DNA from: an uncultured delta proteobacterium
Lineage (GTDB): Bacteria; Myxococcota_A; Polyangia; Haliangiales; Haliangiaceae
NCBI GenBank assembly: GCA_963743525.1
Contig: CAVUQH010000004.1
Coordinates: 160,001 to 224,000 of the forward strand
Direction: 5' to 3'
DNA: 64,000 bases
The notes under the pieces: generated by a model
What the model was told of the DNA's origin: nothing
The model's database searches: none
The model's input: the letters and a program-made list of their open reading frames with translations, nothing else
Shown here: positions 1 through 9,585 of the stretch, in pieces
How positions within the stretch are numbered: the first letter of the stretch is position 1
How the letters are laid out: the number at the start of each line of letters is the position of its first letter
Program-made: the position numbers and the translations under genes

Positions 1-84
1 GGCAGCGCGGACCAGGTGCTCGGTCCGCCCGGCGCGGCTGGTTCGGTGTTCGCGTTCCCGCCCGCCCCCGAGGCGAGCCGCTGA
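1..84 (+). CDS. 3' end of an upstream gene, probably the metal ABC transporter ATP-binding subunit (partial)
   Basis: Frame 1 is open (GSADQVLG...EASR) to TGA at 82-84, which overlaps the ATG of the permease (TGATG). Product inferred from operon context only. Confidence 0.45.
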   Translation, partial: GSADQVLGPPGAAGSVFAFPPAPEASR

Positions 85-956
85 TGGACTGGTTCTACGG
101 CGCGTGGGCCAACCTCGCCCATTCCGCGGGGCTGCCGGCGTCGTTCGCCTATCCGTTCGTCGCCCGCGGCGTGATCGCGGTGCTGCTGCTGGCGCCGATG
201 CTCGGCGGCCTCAGCCACCTGGTGGTCGCGCGCCGGCTGGCGTTCCTCAGCACCGCGCTGGGCCAGGCGGCGCTCACCGGCCTGACCATCGGCGTCGCCG
301 TCGGCGAGCCGCTGACCAGCGCGTACGTCAGCATCTTCGGCTTCTGCCTGGTGTGCGGAGTGCTGATGGTCTACGTCCGCCGCCGCACCACGCTGCCGCC
401 GGACACCATCATCGGCGTGTTCATGGCCTTCACCCTGGGCCTGGGCATCTGCTTGTTGGTCGCGGCGACCCGCCGCTTCGACATCCACCGCATCGAAGCG
501 GTGATGTTCGGCAGCCTGCTCACCGTGACCGAGACCGATCTGTTGGTGTTGCTGCTGGCCTGCATCGCGCTGACCGTTGCCGTCGCGCTCTCGTACAACG
601 ATCTGTTGTCCGACAGCTTGAGCCCGCAGCTGGCCAGCGTCGAGGGCGCCCGCACCACCCGCCTCGAGTACATGTTCGTGGTCATGCTGACCATCGCCAT
701 CACTGTCAGCCTCAAGCTGATCGGTGCCCTGCTGGTCGAGGCAATGGTCGTGGTACCGGCGGCCGCAGCGCGCAACCTGGCCGGCAGCGCGCGCGGCTAT
801 CTGGCCTGGAGCATCGCCCTGGCGGTGGTCGCCGGCATCGCCGGCATCGCCGCGTCAACCCTGTGGCGCGTTCCCACCGGCGGCGCCGTGGTTCTGGCGC
901 TGACCATCTGCTTCTTCATCACCCTGGTCGCCGGCACAATCACTCGCCGAGCGTGA
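84..956 (+). CDS. Metal (Zn/Mn/Fe) ABC transporter permease, ZnuB/ABC-3 family, FpvE-like
   Basis: 290 aa polytopic membrane protein with 'LGGLSHLVVARRLAF..ALGQAALTG', 'MFGSLLTV' and 'KLIGALLVEAMVVVPAAAAR', typical of ABC-3 permeases. Confidence 0.9.
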   Translation: MDWFYGAWANLAHSAGLPASFAYPFVARGVIAVLLLAPMLGGLSHLVVARRLAFLSTALGQAALTGLTIGVAVGEPLTSAYVSIFGFCLVCGVLMVYVRRRTTLPPDTIIGVFMAFTLGLGICLLVAATRRFDIHRIEAVMFGSLLTVTETDLLVLLLACIALTVAVALSYNDLLSDSLSPQLASVEGARTTRLEYMFVVMLTIAITVSLKLIGALLVEAMVVVPAAAARNLAGSARGYLAWSIALAVVAGIAGIAASTLWRVPTGGAVVLALTICFFITLVAGTITRRA

Positions 957-1579
957 CCCGGCGCCAACCGTCCTGCAGCGCCGGTGCGGCCAGCGGCGCG
1001 GTGAGCGCGTGCGGTCCGGAAGCGACCCAGATGCCGACGTGCAGCATGGTGCCGTCGGTGAGCCGGTGGTGGACCTCGTCGGTCGGCGCCGTCGGAATCC
1101 TTCGCCGTTCCCGGCGCGGGCTCGAGGAAGGTGAGCAAGAAGGTCGGCCGCGCCGCGTCGGTGGGCACGCCGACGTAGCTGGCCACCGCGGGGTCGCGCA
1201 ACAGACTCCACTGATAGCCGCCCTTGTCGATCGGGTCGGGGGCGAACGGCGGCAGCGCGCGAGCGACCAGCGCGGCGACGGCCGGCCACTGCCCGGTGCT
1301 CGAGCGCGCGTCTTCCAGGTCGCCCTCGGCGGCGCGCAGCATGCGGTAGATCCGCTGGTCCGGCGCGGGCAACTGGCCGAACGGCATGTCAACCAGGTAG
1401 CCACCCGCGGCCGCCCCCGTCTCCTGGCCGGCCGTGCCCGACCGGGCCGCCGCACGCTCGACGCCGATCAGCAGCGCGGACCAGACCACGATGTGGACGA
1501 TCGCCCGGATCACCGCGCCGGTCTCGCTCCTCGCCGAGGGCGACGCGACGCGGACGATGCGCAGCCGTTCGTCTTCCAC
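940..1579 (-). CDS. Membrane-anchored hypothetical protein, DUF6162-like (metal-ABC associated); 1-nt frameshift near 1096; start uncertain
   Basis: N-part in ORF 797..1645 (TM, 'WPAVAALVARALPPFAPD'). C-part in ORF 940..1455 ('PTDEVHHRLTDGTMLHVGIW'). Removing one base in GGAATCC (1094-1100) joins them. Confidence 0.6.
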
Positions 1580-1645
1580 GGCGGTGAGCGTACGGCCGTG
1601 CACGAGCCCGCGCAACCGGCGGCCGCCGGCCGTGTCTCGAGGCAC

Positions 1646-2314
1646 ATGCGACGAGGCTCGGCGGCGATCCTGGTAGCGTTGGCGGCCTGTGCGCTCACCC
1701 GACCGGCGGTGGCCGAAAAGGTCACCCTACCGCGGGCGACGGTCTGCGCGCTGGACTACCGAACCCGGCTACACCGGCTCGAGCTGCGGGCCGAGACCAG
1801 CGCCAGCCTGGGCTCGCTCGCGGGTGACCTGCGCCGGGTCGTCGGCGTCAACTACTGGATTGGCGAGCATCTGGGGTTTGGACTCGAGCACGGCTCGGGC
1901 CTCGCCACCGATCACGGCTTCCTGCCGGCCCGCGCCGGCGCCGGCGTGACCCGACCGATCACCTCGACCCTGCTCGTCGCCCGCTACGTGCCCGCCCAGG
2001 GCAAGTTGGCCGCATTCGATACGGTGCTGCCGATCGACGTCAACGTCACCGTCGGTGGCGGCATGTCGGAGGGAGCTCCCGCGGCAACCGTCGGCCTCGG
2101 CGTCAACGCCTTCTTGTTCGATGCCGCGATCGCGTTCGGCATTGGCGTCCGCGACGACCGTGCGTTCGGCCGGCGCCGCGACCCACTGTTGGCGCGCGGC
2201 GCCGAGCCGCCGTCGCCCTGGCACGGCGCGGGCGTATCCGCGTTCGTCAGGCTATCTCTGTTCCTGCCCCGCGACATGGCGCGCCACTGCCACTGCTTCG
2301 CGCTGTGGCGATGA
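1646..2314 (+). CDS. Outer-membrane beta-barrel domain protein (myxobacterial type)
   Basis: C-terminal part of ORF 104..2314 from ATG 1646: signal peptide, alternating beta strands, 'YVPAQGKLAAF', 'VRLSLFLP'. Confidence 0.6.
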   Translation: MRRGSAAILVALAACALTRPAVAEKVTLPRATVCALDYRTRLHRLELRAETSASLGSLAGDLRRVVGVNYWIGEHLGFGLEHGSGLATDHGFLPARAGAGVTRPITSTLLVARYVPAQGKLAAFDTVLPIDVNVTVGGGMSEGAPAATVGLGVNAFLFDAAIAFGIGVRDDRAFGRRRDPLLARGAEPPSPWHGAGVSAFVRLSLFLPRDMARHCHCFALWR

Positions 2315-2325
2315 CGAACGCACGA

Positions 2326-2367
2326 ATGCCCGCGGCCCTCAGTGAGGAGTCCGCGGGCCGCGGGCAT
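2326..2367. terminator. 13-bp inverted repeat between convergent genes (possible bidirectional terminator)
   Basis: ATGCCCGCGGCCC (2326-2338) and GGGCCGCGGGCAT (2355-2367); no U-tract. Confidence 0.5.
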
Positions 2368-2383
2368 CCGTGGCTCGGGGGGC

Positions 2384-3790
2384 TTACAGGGTGCTCAGGG
2401 TGACCTTGATGTGCATGTCGGCAGAGACCGGATAGACATTGTTCGGCACCATGCGCACGTTGGTGTCGGTGTCGGGCGAGCCCACGGGCGCGCCGATGTG
2501 CGCGCCGACCGCCGGCTCTTCGCTGAGCTCGGTGCCGGCGTCCCAGATCGACACCATGCTGGTCACATCACCGGTGACCGGTGCGTCACTCGAGTCGAAC
2601 AGCGCGATACCGGCGGCCGGGAAGGAGAAGAACCAGTCGTTCGACGCGCCGTACATGGTGGCGAACGACAGGTAGTCGCCCGGCATGGCCGAGAAATCGA
2701 CGTCGTAGGAGCCGCCGGCGAAGATCGGGCCGGGATCGGTGGCGCCCATCGGCGTGTTGAAGACCATGTACGACGAGGCGCCGGCGGGCAGCATGGCGTC
2801 GAACGAGGTCACCAGGTCCATCGGGTTGCCGGTCTCGGCCAGCAGCTTCAGCCCCTTGCCGCGATCGGCCGAGCCGGAGGTGAACAGCGGCTCACCGCTG
2901 GTGGACAGGACGATCACGCCCGGCGACAGCGGCGTGGCAACCCCGGCGGCCGCCTCGAGGGCGGGCGCGAGCACGCTGATGTCGCCGCCTTCGGCGATCT
3001 GCTCGAGGCCCTGGCCGCGGTCGGCCTCGCCGTCCTTGAACAGCAGGTCTTCCTGGCTGCCGACGGTCCAGACGCCGGGCGAGACGCGAACGTTCTTGCC
3101 GCCCTCGGAGGTCTGCAGGGTGACGCCGTCGGTCAACACGTTCTCGATGCGCACGGTGAACTCGCGCGTGGTGGCGTTCGAGTCGACGGTGACCTTGATC
3201 ATGTCCGAGACCGCCGGGCGATCGAACGTACCGCCCGCGGTGAGGGCGGCGGGATTGCCGACCACGCGCACGGCCGTGTTCGGATCCGCCGCGCCCGGGC
3301 CGTCGGACGAGGTCAACTGCTTGGGCGCGGTGTGCGCGCCCACGGCCGGCTCTTCGTTGACCTCGGTGCCCGCGTCCCACAGATCGATCTGGTCGGTGAT
3401 GTCACCGGAGATGGGGTTGTCGCCGTCGTACAGGGCGATACTGCCGTTCTTGGGCGCGAAGAACCAGTCGTTGGAGGCGCCGAACATGACCGCGAACGAC
3501 AACCGGTGTTTGGGCCCGGCGGTGAAGGTGAACTCGAAGGCATCGCCCGGCGCCAGCGGGCCCGGGCTGCTGCCGCCGACCTTGGTGTTGAACGAGCCGG
3601 ACTTGAGATTGGTGAACGGCGCGACGTTCTCGACGTGCAAGCGGAACATGGTCGGTTGCGTGGTGGCGTCGGGACCGCCGCCGCCGCCGGCGTCAGGGTT
3701 TCCGGTAGCTCCCTGGTCATCGCCGCACGCGGCGAACGCGAGGAAGCCCGTCAGGGCGAGACTCGATATGGTTAGGCGATGGAATGTCAT
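2384..3790 (-). CDS. Spondin_N-domain lipoprotein (duplicated domain)
   Basis: Lipobox 'AFAAC'. Two copies of 'LSFA.M.GASNDWFF...GDVT....WDAGTE..EEPAVG'. Confidence 0.88.
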   Translation of the reverse strand: MTFHRLTISSLALTGFLAFAACGDDQGATGNPDAGGGGGPDATTQPTMFRLHVENVAPFTNLKSGSFNTKVGGSSPGPLAPGDAFEFTFTAGPKHRLSFAVMFGASNDWFFAPKNGSIALYDGDNPISGDITDQIDLWDAGTEVNEEPAVGAHTAPKQLTSSDGPGAADPNTAVRVVGNPAALTAGGTFDRPAVSDMIKVTVDSNATTREFTVRIENVLTDGVTLQTSEGGKNVRVSPGVWTVGSQEDLLFKDGEADRGQGLEQIAEGGDISVLAPALEAAAGVATPLSPGVIVLSTSGEPLFTSGSADRGKGLKLLAETGNPMDLVTSFDAMLPAGASSYMVFNTPMGATDPGPIFAGGSYDVDFSAMPGDYLSFATMYGASNDWFFSFPAAGIALFDSSDAPVTGDVTSMVSIWDAGTELSEEPAVGAHIGAPVGSPDTDTNVRMVPNNVYPVSADMHIKVTLSTL

Positions 3791-3865
3791 GTCCGCTCTA
3801 CGCCCTACCCGCGAGTCGGTTACACGGGCGCACACGCGTTCGTGCGCGAGACGGAGTGAACGCGA

Positions 3866-4591
3866 CTATTCGCCTGCGAGGCCGACTACTTGCCGGCATC
3901 TCACAGCTGCTGACTGCGAGCGCGCTCTGGACCGCGCCGTGCGCAGCACCACATTGTTCAGCGTCACGTTGTCGGTGCGAAGCCCGGCGGGACCGCGCAA
4001 GCGGTCGGCCGTCCCATGCAGAGATCCCCGCCAGACCACCGCGCCGTCCACGCGCGCGATCAGATCGCCGCCGTGGATCTCGGCGGCCAGCAGGTGCTTG
4101 CTGCCGGCCTCGAGCGCGGGCACCGGTGCCCTCTCGGCTGCCGCGATCTTGCGGTAGCCGTGCACCCCGCACGCCGCGTTGGTGTGCTTGCCCGGGTTGC
4201 TCTTGACCGACACCTCGACACCGGCCGGACCGGGGCCGAGGCGCCACATGACATAGACCAGATTGCAGCCGTCGGCGGCGCGCAGCTTCAGACCCAGCTG
4301 GTGGCGCTGCTGACCGGAGGCCAGCGCGCGAGTGCGGGTCGTGTCGCCGCCGTAGACGAACGACAGCTCCGCGGCGTCGCCATGGGCACCGGGCACCACC
4401 GCGCGCACCGTCGGTTGGTCGATCTGCATCGCTCCCGCGCTGGCCTCGACGCTGCCGTGAGTGACGCACAGATCGGCGGGCGCCACGTCGGCCAGCGGGC
4501 CGATCGGCTCGACCTCGGCCGGCGGCGACGGCCGGCTGCTGCCACAGGCGGCGATCGCCAGCGACAACACCGGCGCCAGCGCGCGGATCAC
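3866..4591 (-). CDS. Lipoprotein with predicted beta-sandwich domain; last gene of the export arm
   Basis: GTG start overlaps the upstream TGA (GTGA 4588-4591). Lipobox 'AIAAC'; beta-rich sequence with several Cys. Confidence 0.75.
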   Translation of the reverse strand: MIRALAPVLSLAIAACGSSRPSPPAEVEPIGPLADVAPADLCVTHGSVEASAGAMQIDQPTVRAVVPGAHGDAAELSFVYGGDTTRTRALASGQQRHQLGLKLRAADGCNLVYVMWRLGPGPAGVEVSVKSNPGKHTNAACGVHGYRKIAAAERAPVPALEAGSKHLLAAEIHGGDLIARVDGAVVWRGSLHGTADRLRGPAGLRTDNVTLNNVVLRTARSRARSQSAAVRCRQVVGLAGE

Positions 4592-5652
4592 CGATCCTCC
4601 GCCATGCCCAGGACCTGGCGCAGCGTGGCGACGTGGGCGGCGTAATACTCGTGCTGGGCCTTGGCCTCGACCCACTCGAACCACACCGTCTGCGCCAGCC
4701 GGCGACTGCTCTCGCCGCCGACCCGCTGCAGCTCGCGCAACTGGCCGTCGAGATCGCCCACCAGCGCGGCGGTCTCTTCGGCGCGTTTGCTGTCGATCTG
4801 CAGGAGCGAGCGCATGCGCGCAGCGGTGGCGTCGGCGCCGATGCCGCCGCGCTCGTCGCGGAGTATGCGCCGCCGTCCCGATGCCGCGCGGGACTCGGCG
4901 CTGCCCTGGAACAGCCAGCCGATGTTGAAGCTGGCCGAGACCACGGCGAAGAACGGCGAGCTGGTGTCGTTGGACAGGAACCGGTCGTAGCCCATGCGCA
5001 GGCTCACGTCCCAGGCGCGCGCGCGGCGCAGCCTGCCCTCCTCGTGCGCGACGTCGCCGTCGGCGGTCAGGTAGGTCGCGAGCGAGCGCGCCAGCCCGGT
5101 GTCGCCCTTGGTCGCGGGCAACGCGTCGAGCTGGCGACGGGTCTCGGCGGCCAGCTCGTGCAGACGGTCGACGCGCAACCGGGTGGAGATCAGCTCCTGC
5201 CGGGTGGTCCGCCGGTGGCTGACGTCCTCGGACACCTGGTCGAGCATCTTGTCGGCCTTGGCCAGCGCCTGGTCGAGCACGTCGGCCTTGGCCTGCAGTG
5301 CCTGCCGCGTGCTCGAGCTGTCGATGGCCGACAGCGCCCGGTGCCGCCGGCACTGAGCGGTGGCGTGAGCGCGCACGATGGACGACTGATACAGGCCGCT
5401 CAGGCGGTAACCGACGCCAAAGGTGAGGCGCAGGTTGTCGCCGGTCAACGCCGGAGAGGTGGTGACGGACAGCTGATCGACGTAGCCGAAGCTGCCGAAC
5501 AGGTTGGGCGAGCGCAGCAGCGCGGCCTCCGAGTCGGCGACCCCGTGAACGTAGTCACAGTAGCCGTCGCGCTCCTGCGCGCGGGCGTCGCTGGCAGCGC
5601 CCGCGGCCAGCGAGACGCAGAGGATCATTACGGCGGTTCGGCGGCGGTGCAT
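4588..5652 (-). CDS. Secreted coiled-coil protein with interspersed beta strands, TolC/outer-membrane-factor-like
   Basis: Signal peptide. Beta-hairpin segments ('LRLTFGVGYRL', 'FFAVVSASFNIGWLF') alternate with long helices, as in OEP repeats. Fold call is inference. Confidence 0.55.
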   Translation of the reverse strand: MHRRRTAVMILCVSLAAGAASDARAQERDGYCDYVHGVADSEAALLRSPNLFGSFGYVDQLSVTTSPALTGDNLRLTFGVGYRLSGLYQSSIVRAHATAQCRRHRALSAIDSSSTRQALQAKADVLDQALAKADKMLDQVSEDVSHRRTTRQELISTRLRVDRLHELAAETRRQLDALPATKGDTGLARSLATYLTADGDVAHEEGRLRRARAWDVSLRMGYDRFLSNDTSSPFFAVVSASFNIGWLFQGSAESRAASGRRRILRDERGGIGADATAARMRSLLQIDSKRAEETAALVGDLDGQLRELQRVGGESSRRLAQTVWFEWVEAKAQHEYYAAHVATLRQVLGMAEDR

Positions 5653-5657
5653 GGCGG

Positions 5658-7359
5658 TTACAGGAGCATTGGCCGGCCACCGACGAACAGCACGTCGTCC
5701 TCAGCGGCGGCGCCGTCGTCGAGATCGATCGACACCATCTGGCCGCGCAGCATCTTGTCGCGGCGCGGATGCTTGAAGCTGACCTCGCCCGGCATGATCT
5801 CGACGACCTTGCCGACCTTGCTACAAAAGACGAACTCCAGGGCGCAGCTGTAAACCGGCGCGCCGACGCTGACGTTGTCCATGTTGCTGTACGGCACGAA
5901 GGCTACGCTGGCGTCGTCGGCCAGGGCGCGCAGGTACGGCGACTTGTTCAGCGAGTCAACCAGCGACTGCTGGCGCTCCAGGCTGGTCTTGAGCATCTTG
6001 CGGTTCTCGATCGCCTTGGCGGTGTCGATCCGCGACAGCTCGTACTCCTGCTTGATGCGCAGGACGTCGTAGCTGAGCACGTCTTCGCCGTTGTCCTGGC
6101 CGAGGATGGCGTCCAGCGACTGCGCCTGCTTCTCCAGATCCGCGGCGCGGGTCTCGTACTCTGCCTCGCGCTCGGCCAGCGACAGGTTGGAGCTGGTGAT
6201 CTGCGCCAGCTGGTATTTGCCCGACAGCATGTCGCTGCGATCGATCAGCCCGGCGCGGTACTCGCGCGACATCTTCCGCTGCGATGCGCGGGCGAACGCC
6301 GAGTTGGAATTCTGGATCTTCTCGCGGGCGCCAGCGTACTCGCGGGCGAGATCCTTCATCCGCTTGAGCGCCGACTTGCGCCCCTCGAGGTCGGCGCGGA
6401 TCGCCTCGGCGAACTGCGCCTGAAACGACTGCTGCACCTCGATGTAGCGGTCGGCGTGGTGGAGCTCGCCGAGCAGACGGTCGCGCTCGTTCTCGGCCTG
6501 ACCCAGCTGCTGCTGCAGGGACAGCACGTGCTCGTCGCTCTTGGACACGACCATCGGCTCGACCCAGCTGTCGCTGACGAAGTAGAAGGCCGACGTGGCG
6601 ATGTAGCCGATGAGGACGACGACGATGATGGTGAGGATGCTGAAGCCGAGCAGGCGGTAGGCCGAGACCATGAACTTGGCCGTGCGCTGGTGTAGCTGCT
6701 GCGCCGGCTCCTCGGCGGGCGGCCCGAGCCCCAGCTCGGAGAAGGTCGCCCAGCGTTCGCGGCCCGGGGCGCGCGGCGCCGCTGCTGCGGGCGGCTCACT
6801 GCCGGCCGGTGCCGGTGCGGGCGGTAGCGGTGGTGCCGGCAGCGGAAGCGCCTGGGCCCGCCGCTGCGGTTGCGGCTGTGGCTGCGGGCGCGGCTGCGGC
6901 TGCATCTGCGGCTGCGGCTGCGGCTGCGGCTGCGGCTGCATCTGCGGGCGCGGCTGTGGCTGCGGGCGCATCTGCGGCGGCTGCATCTGCGGCGGCTGCA
7001 TCTGCGGCGGCTGCATCTGCGGCGGCTGCATCTGCGGCGGCTGCATCGCGGCGCTGCATCTGCGGGCGCATCTGCGGCTGCGGCTGCGGGCGCATCTGCG
7101 GCTGCGGCTGCGGGCGCATCTGCGGCGGCTGGCGCACCTGCGTCTCGGCTTGTGGCGACGGTTGCGCACGCGGCTGCGGTGCCGCGCCCCCACCTCGACT
7201 CCAGCCACCCGCCAGGTCCGCGCGCGAGACCGTCGCTGCGGCATCGGGTCCCGGTCAACTGAATGGGATCACGTTGCTGTTCGCACGCGGGCGGGACGGG
7301 GGAGCACCGGCACCGCGAGGCACACGTTGAGGACGCCGCTGATTGTTGAAGCCTGCCAT
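5658..7359 (-). CDS. Membrane-fusion-protein-like periplasmic adaptor with a Pro/Gln-rich N-terminus; interrupted by TGA at 7255-7257 and a 2-nt loss near 7050
   Basis: ATG 7359 (MAGFNNQ...). The same frame continues past the TGA into PQPQ repeats, then shifts into ORF 5658..7244: one TM helix, long coiled coil, C-terminal beta domain ('VAFVPY..VGKVVEIMPGE'). Confidence 0.7.
6862..7137 (-). repeat. Coding tandem repeats: 15-bp ATGCAGCCGCCGCAG (MQPPQ) about 5 copies plus CAGCCG (QP) arrays
   Basis: Visible directly; one unit near 7040-7060 is 13 bp, which causes the frameshift. Confidence 0.9.
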
Positions 7360-7399
7360 TGAGTCTCGCGCCCGGCGGGGGGAGTGAGGTGATGCCCGG

Positions 7400-7415
7400 T
7401 GCAAGAACATCGCCA
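7400..7415 (-). promoter_or_regulatory. sigma54 (-24/-12) promoter candidate for the export arm
   Basis: Minus strand TGGCGATGTTCTTGCA: GG-N10-GC with TTGCA, about 40 nt upstream of ATG 7359. Confidence 0.65.
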
Positions 7416-7570
7416 CGATCGGGCGCATCGCATCTACGCGAGGCCACGGGGGCCAGGTGGCGAACCTTCGCTCGATCCGGTGGGGCGTGCCCCCACATCT
7501 GGGTACACGCCCCCCATCCACAGCCACCCTTTCGCCCTGATCTTCCACGAGCGCAACGCAGTGAAACCAA

Positions 7571-7586
7571 CGGCACTGCTCTTGCT
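7571..7586 (+). promoter_or_regulatory. sigma54 (-24/-12) promoter candidate for the glycosyltransferase operon
   Basis: CGGCACTGCTCTTGCT matches YGGCAC-N5-TTGCW, 23 nt before ATG 7610. Confidence 0.75.
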
Positions 7587-7609
7587 GTGGTTTGGCCCCA
7601 CCGGCCGCC

Positions 7610-8842
7610 ATGTCTTCTTACCCGATCTATCTGTTCATCTTCATCGTCTTCCTCAACCGCTACGTGTTCGGCCTCTACCTGCGGCTGGTGAAGGGACGAA
7701 AGTTCGATCGGAAGGTCCACGGCTACGAGCCGACCATCACGGTGGTGGTGCCGCTCTACAACGAGGGGCCGTCGATCTACGACACCATCGTCAGCCTGGT
7801 AAAGCTCGAATACCCGAAGGAGAAGCTGCAGATCACGGTGGTCAACGACTGCTCCACCGACGACAGCTACGAGTGGGCGTCCAAGGGCGAGCGCGAGTTC
7901 GACAACGTCCGGGTGCTGCGCAACCCGGTCAACATGGGCAAGCGCAAGGGGATCAACCACGCCGTGCGCGAGGCCACGTCCGAGATCATCGTCTCGGTCA
8001 ACTCGGACGTCATCGTCTACCCGACCGCGCTGCGCGAGCTGGTCGCCCGCTTCACCGATCCCGAGGTCGCGGCCGTCGGCGGCCGCGTCCACGTCTCCAA
8101 CCCCAACGACAACTGGCTGTCGAAGCTGCAGACCATCAAGTACTACTTCGGCCAGGAGCATCTGAAGAACATCGAGCGATCGCTGCGCTCGGTCATGTGC
8201 CTGTCGGGCTGCCTCACCGCCTACCGGCGCCACGTGCTGATGCAGCTCGAGCCGATCCTCGAGAACCGCAACGTCCTGGGCATCCCGATCAAGTACGGCG
8301 AGGATCGCTTCCTCACCCGGCAGATCGTCAAGCACGGCTACCGCACGGTGCTGACCATGGACGCCATGTGCTTCACCAAGGCACCGACCACCCTGCGCGG
8401 CTACTTCAGCCAGCAGCTGAGGTGGAAGCGCTCCAACATCGTCAACTACGTCTGCGGCCTCGGCCACGCGTGGAAGCTGCACCCGCTGCTGTGCATCCAG
8501 TACCTGTCGATGCTGCTCCTGCTGATGGTCTACCCGTTCGTGATCGTCACCCACGTGCTCCGCGGTGACTTCTTCCAGCTGGCGATGTTCCACGTCGCCC
8601 TGGTCGGCTTCTTCGGGATGATCTACCACCTCGATCCCTCGACCAAGCAGTTGCCGCCGTGGTTGCGCGTGCACCCGGCCGCGTTCCTGCCGATGGCGGT
8701 GCTGATGCCGGTGGCCTACATCCTGCTCACGCCACTGGGCATGTTCACCCTCGACACCGCCAGCTGGGAGACCCGCGGCCACATGTCCGGCGCCGCGCCG
8801 GCGACGCCCGGACCGGCCGGTGGACAGGGAGTCGCGCCATGA
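7610..8842 (+). CDS. Processive GT2 glycosyltransferase, NodC/hyaluronan synthase/chitin synthase-like
   Basis: 'VVPLYNE', 'NDCSTD', 'GKR', 'V(N)SD', 'CLSGCLTAYRR', 'GEDRFLT', 'QQLRW', C-terminal TMs and 'SWETR'. Confidence 0.9.
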   Translation: MSSYPIYLFIFIVFLNRYVFGLYLRLVKGRKFDRKVHGYEPTITVVVPLYNEGPSIYDTIVSLVKLEYPKEKLQITVVNDCSTDDSYEWASKGEREFDNVRVLRNPVNMGKRKGINHAVREATSEIIVSVNSDVIVYPTALRELVARFTDPEVAAVGGRVHVSNPNDNWLSKLQTIKYYFGQEHLKNIERSLRSVMCLSGCLTAYRRHVLMQLEPILENRNVLGIPIKYGEDRFLTRQIVKHGYRTVLTMDAMCFTKAPTTLRGYFSQQLRWKRSNIVNYVCGLGHAWKLHPLLCIQYLSMLLLLMVYPFVIVTHVLRGDFFQLAMFHVALVGFFGMIYHLDPSTKQLPPWLRVHPAAFLPMAVLMPVAYILLTPLGMFTLDTASWETRGHMSGAAPATPGPAGGQGVAP

Positions 8843-9585
8843 CCGCGGTCGTCCTCGCCGCTCACCAGCCGTCGTACCTGCCGTGGCTCGGTTACCTGGA
8901 CAAGATGGCCCGCGCCGACGTCTTCGTGGTCATGGACGACCTGCAATACGAGGCGCAGAACTTCCAGAACCGCAACCGCATCAAGGTCAACAACGGCGCC
9001 GCCTGGGTGACGGTCCCGCTCGAGCGCGGCACCCAGAGCGACCGCATCATCGACAAGCGCATCAACAACCGCGCCAGCCCGCGACAGCACTGGCAGCGGC
9101 GCACCTGGCTGACCCTCGAGAACAACTACCGCAAGGCCCCGCACTTCGCCGACTACGCCGACGAGCTGCGCGACGTCTACACCCGGCCGTGGGACAGCCT
9201 GGTCGATCTCGACCTGTGGATGCTCGGGTTGGCGCGCCGCTGGCTGCAGATCACCACGCCGATCGTTCGCTCGTCGGACCTGGGCCTGGTCGGGCAGAAG
9301 TCCGACCGCATCATCGACATGTGCCGGAAGGTCGGCGCCAACGTCTACCTGTCCGGTGGCGGCGGCTCCAAGGGCTACCTCGATCTGCCCGCCTTCGCCC
9401 GCGCCCGCATCGACGTCGTCTGGCAACAGTTCGACCACCCCGTCTACCCCCAGCGCTACCCGGCCCTGGGATTCCTGCCCAACCTCGCCTTCCTCGATCT
9501 CCTCTTCAACTGCGGACCGCGCAGCCGCGAGCTCCTCCTCAATCCCCCCTGCGCCGCCCCCCTGCCCCAGGCCAAAGCGTCATGA
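8839..9585 (+). CDS. WbqC family protein (putative glycyl transfer onto amino sugars)
   Basis: 'HQPSYLPWLGYLDK...DVFVVMDDLQY...FQNRNRI', 'YLSG', 'HPVYPQ', 'LDLLFNCG'. ATGA overlap with the GT2. Confidence 0.92.
   Translation: MTAVVLAAHQPSYLPWLGYLDKMARADVFVVMDDLQYEAQNFQNRNRIKVNNGAAWVTVPLERGTQSDRIIDKRINNRASPRQHWQRRTWLTLENNYRKAPHFADYADELRDVYTRPWDSLVDLDLWMLGLARRWLQITTPIVRSSDLGLVGQKSDRIIDMCRKVGANVYLSGGGGSKGYLDLPAFARARIDVVWQQFDHPVYPQRYPALGFLPNLAFLDLLFNCGPRSRELLLNPPCAAPLPQAKAS

Noticed and set aside
6862..7137. Tandem repeats as a CRISPR array
   Set aside because: No unique spacers, unit lengths are multiples of 3 encoding Pro/Gln, and no cas genes are present.
7255..7257. In-frame TGA as selenocysteine or programmed readthrough
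   Set aside because: It lies in a low-complexity region with no catalytic context, and a single GTCGAC miscall explains it.
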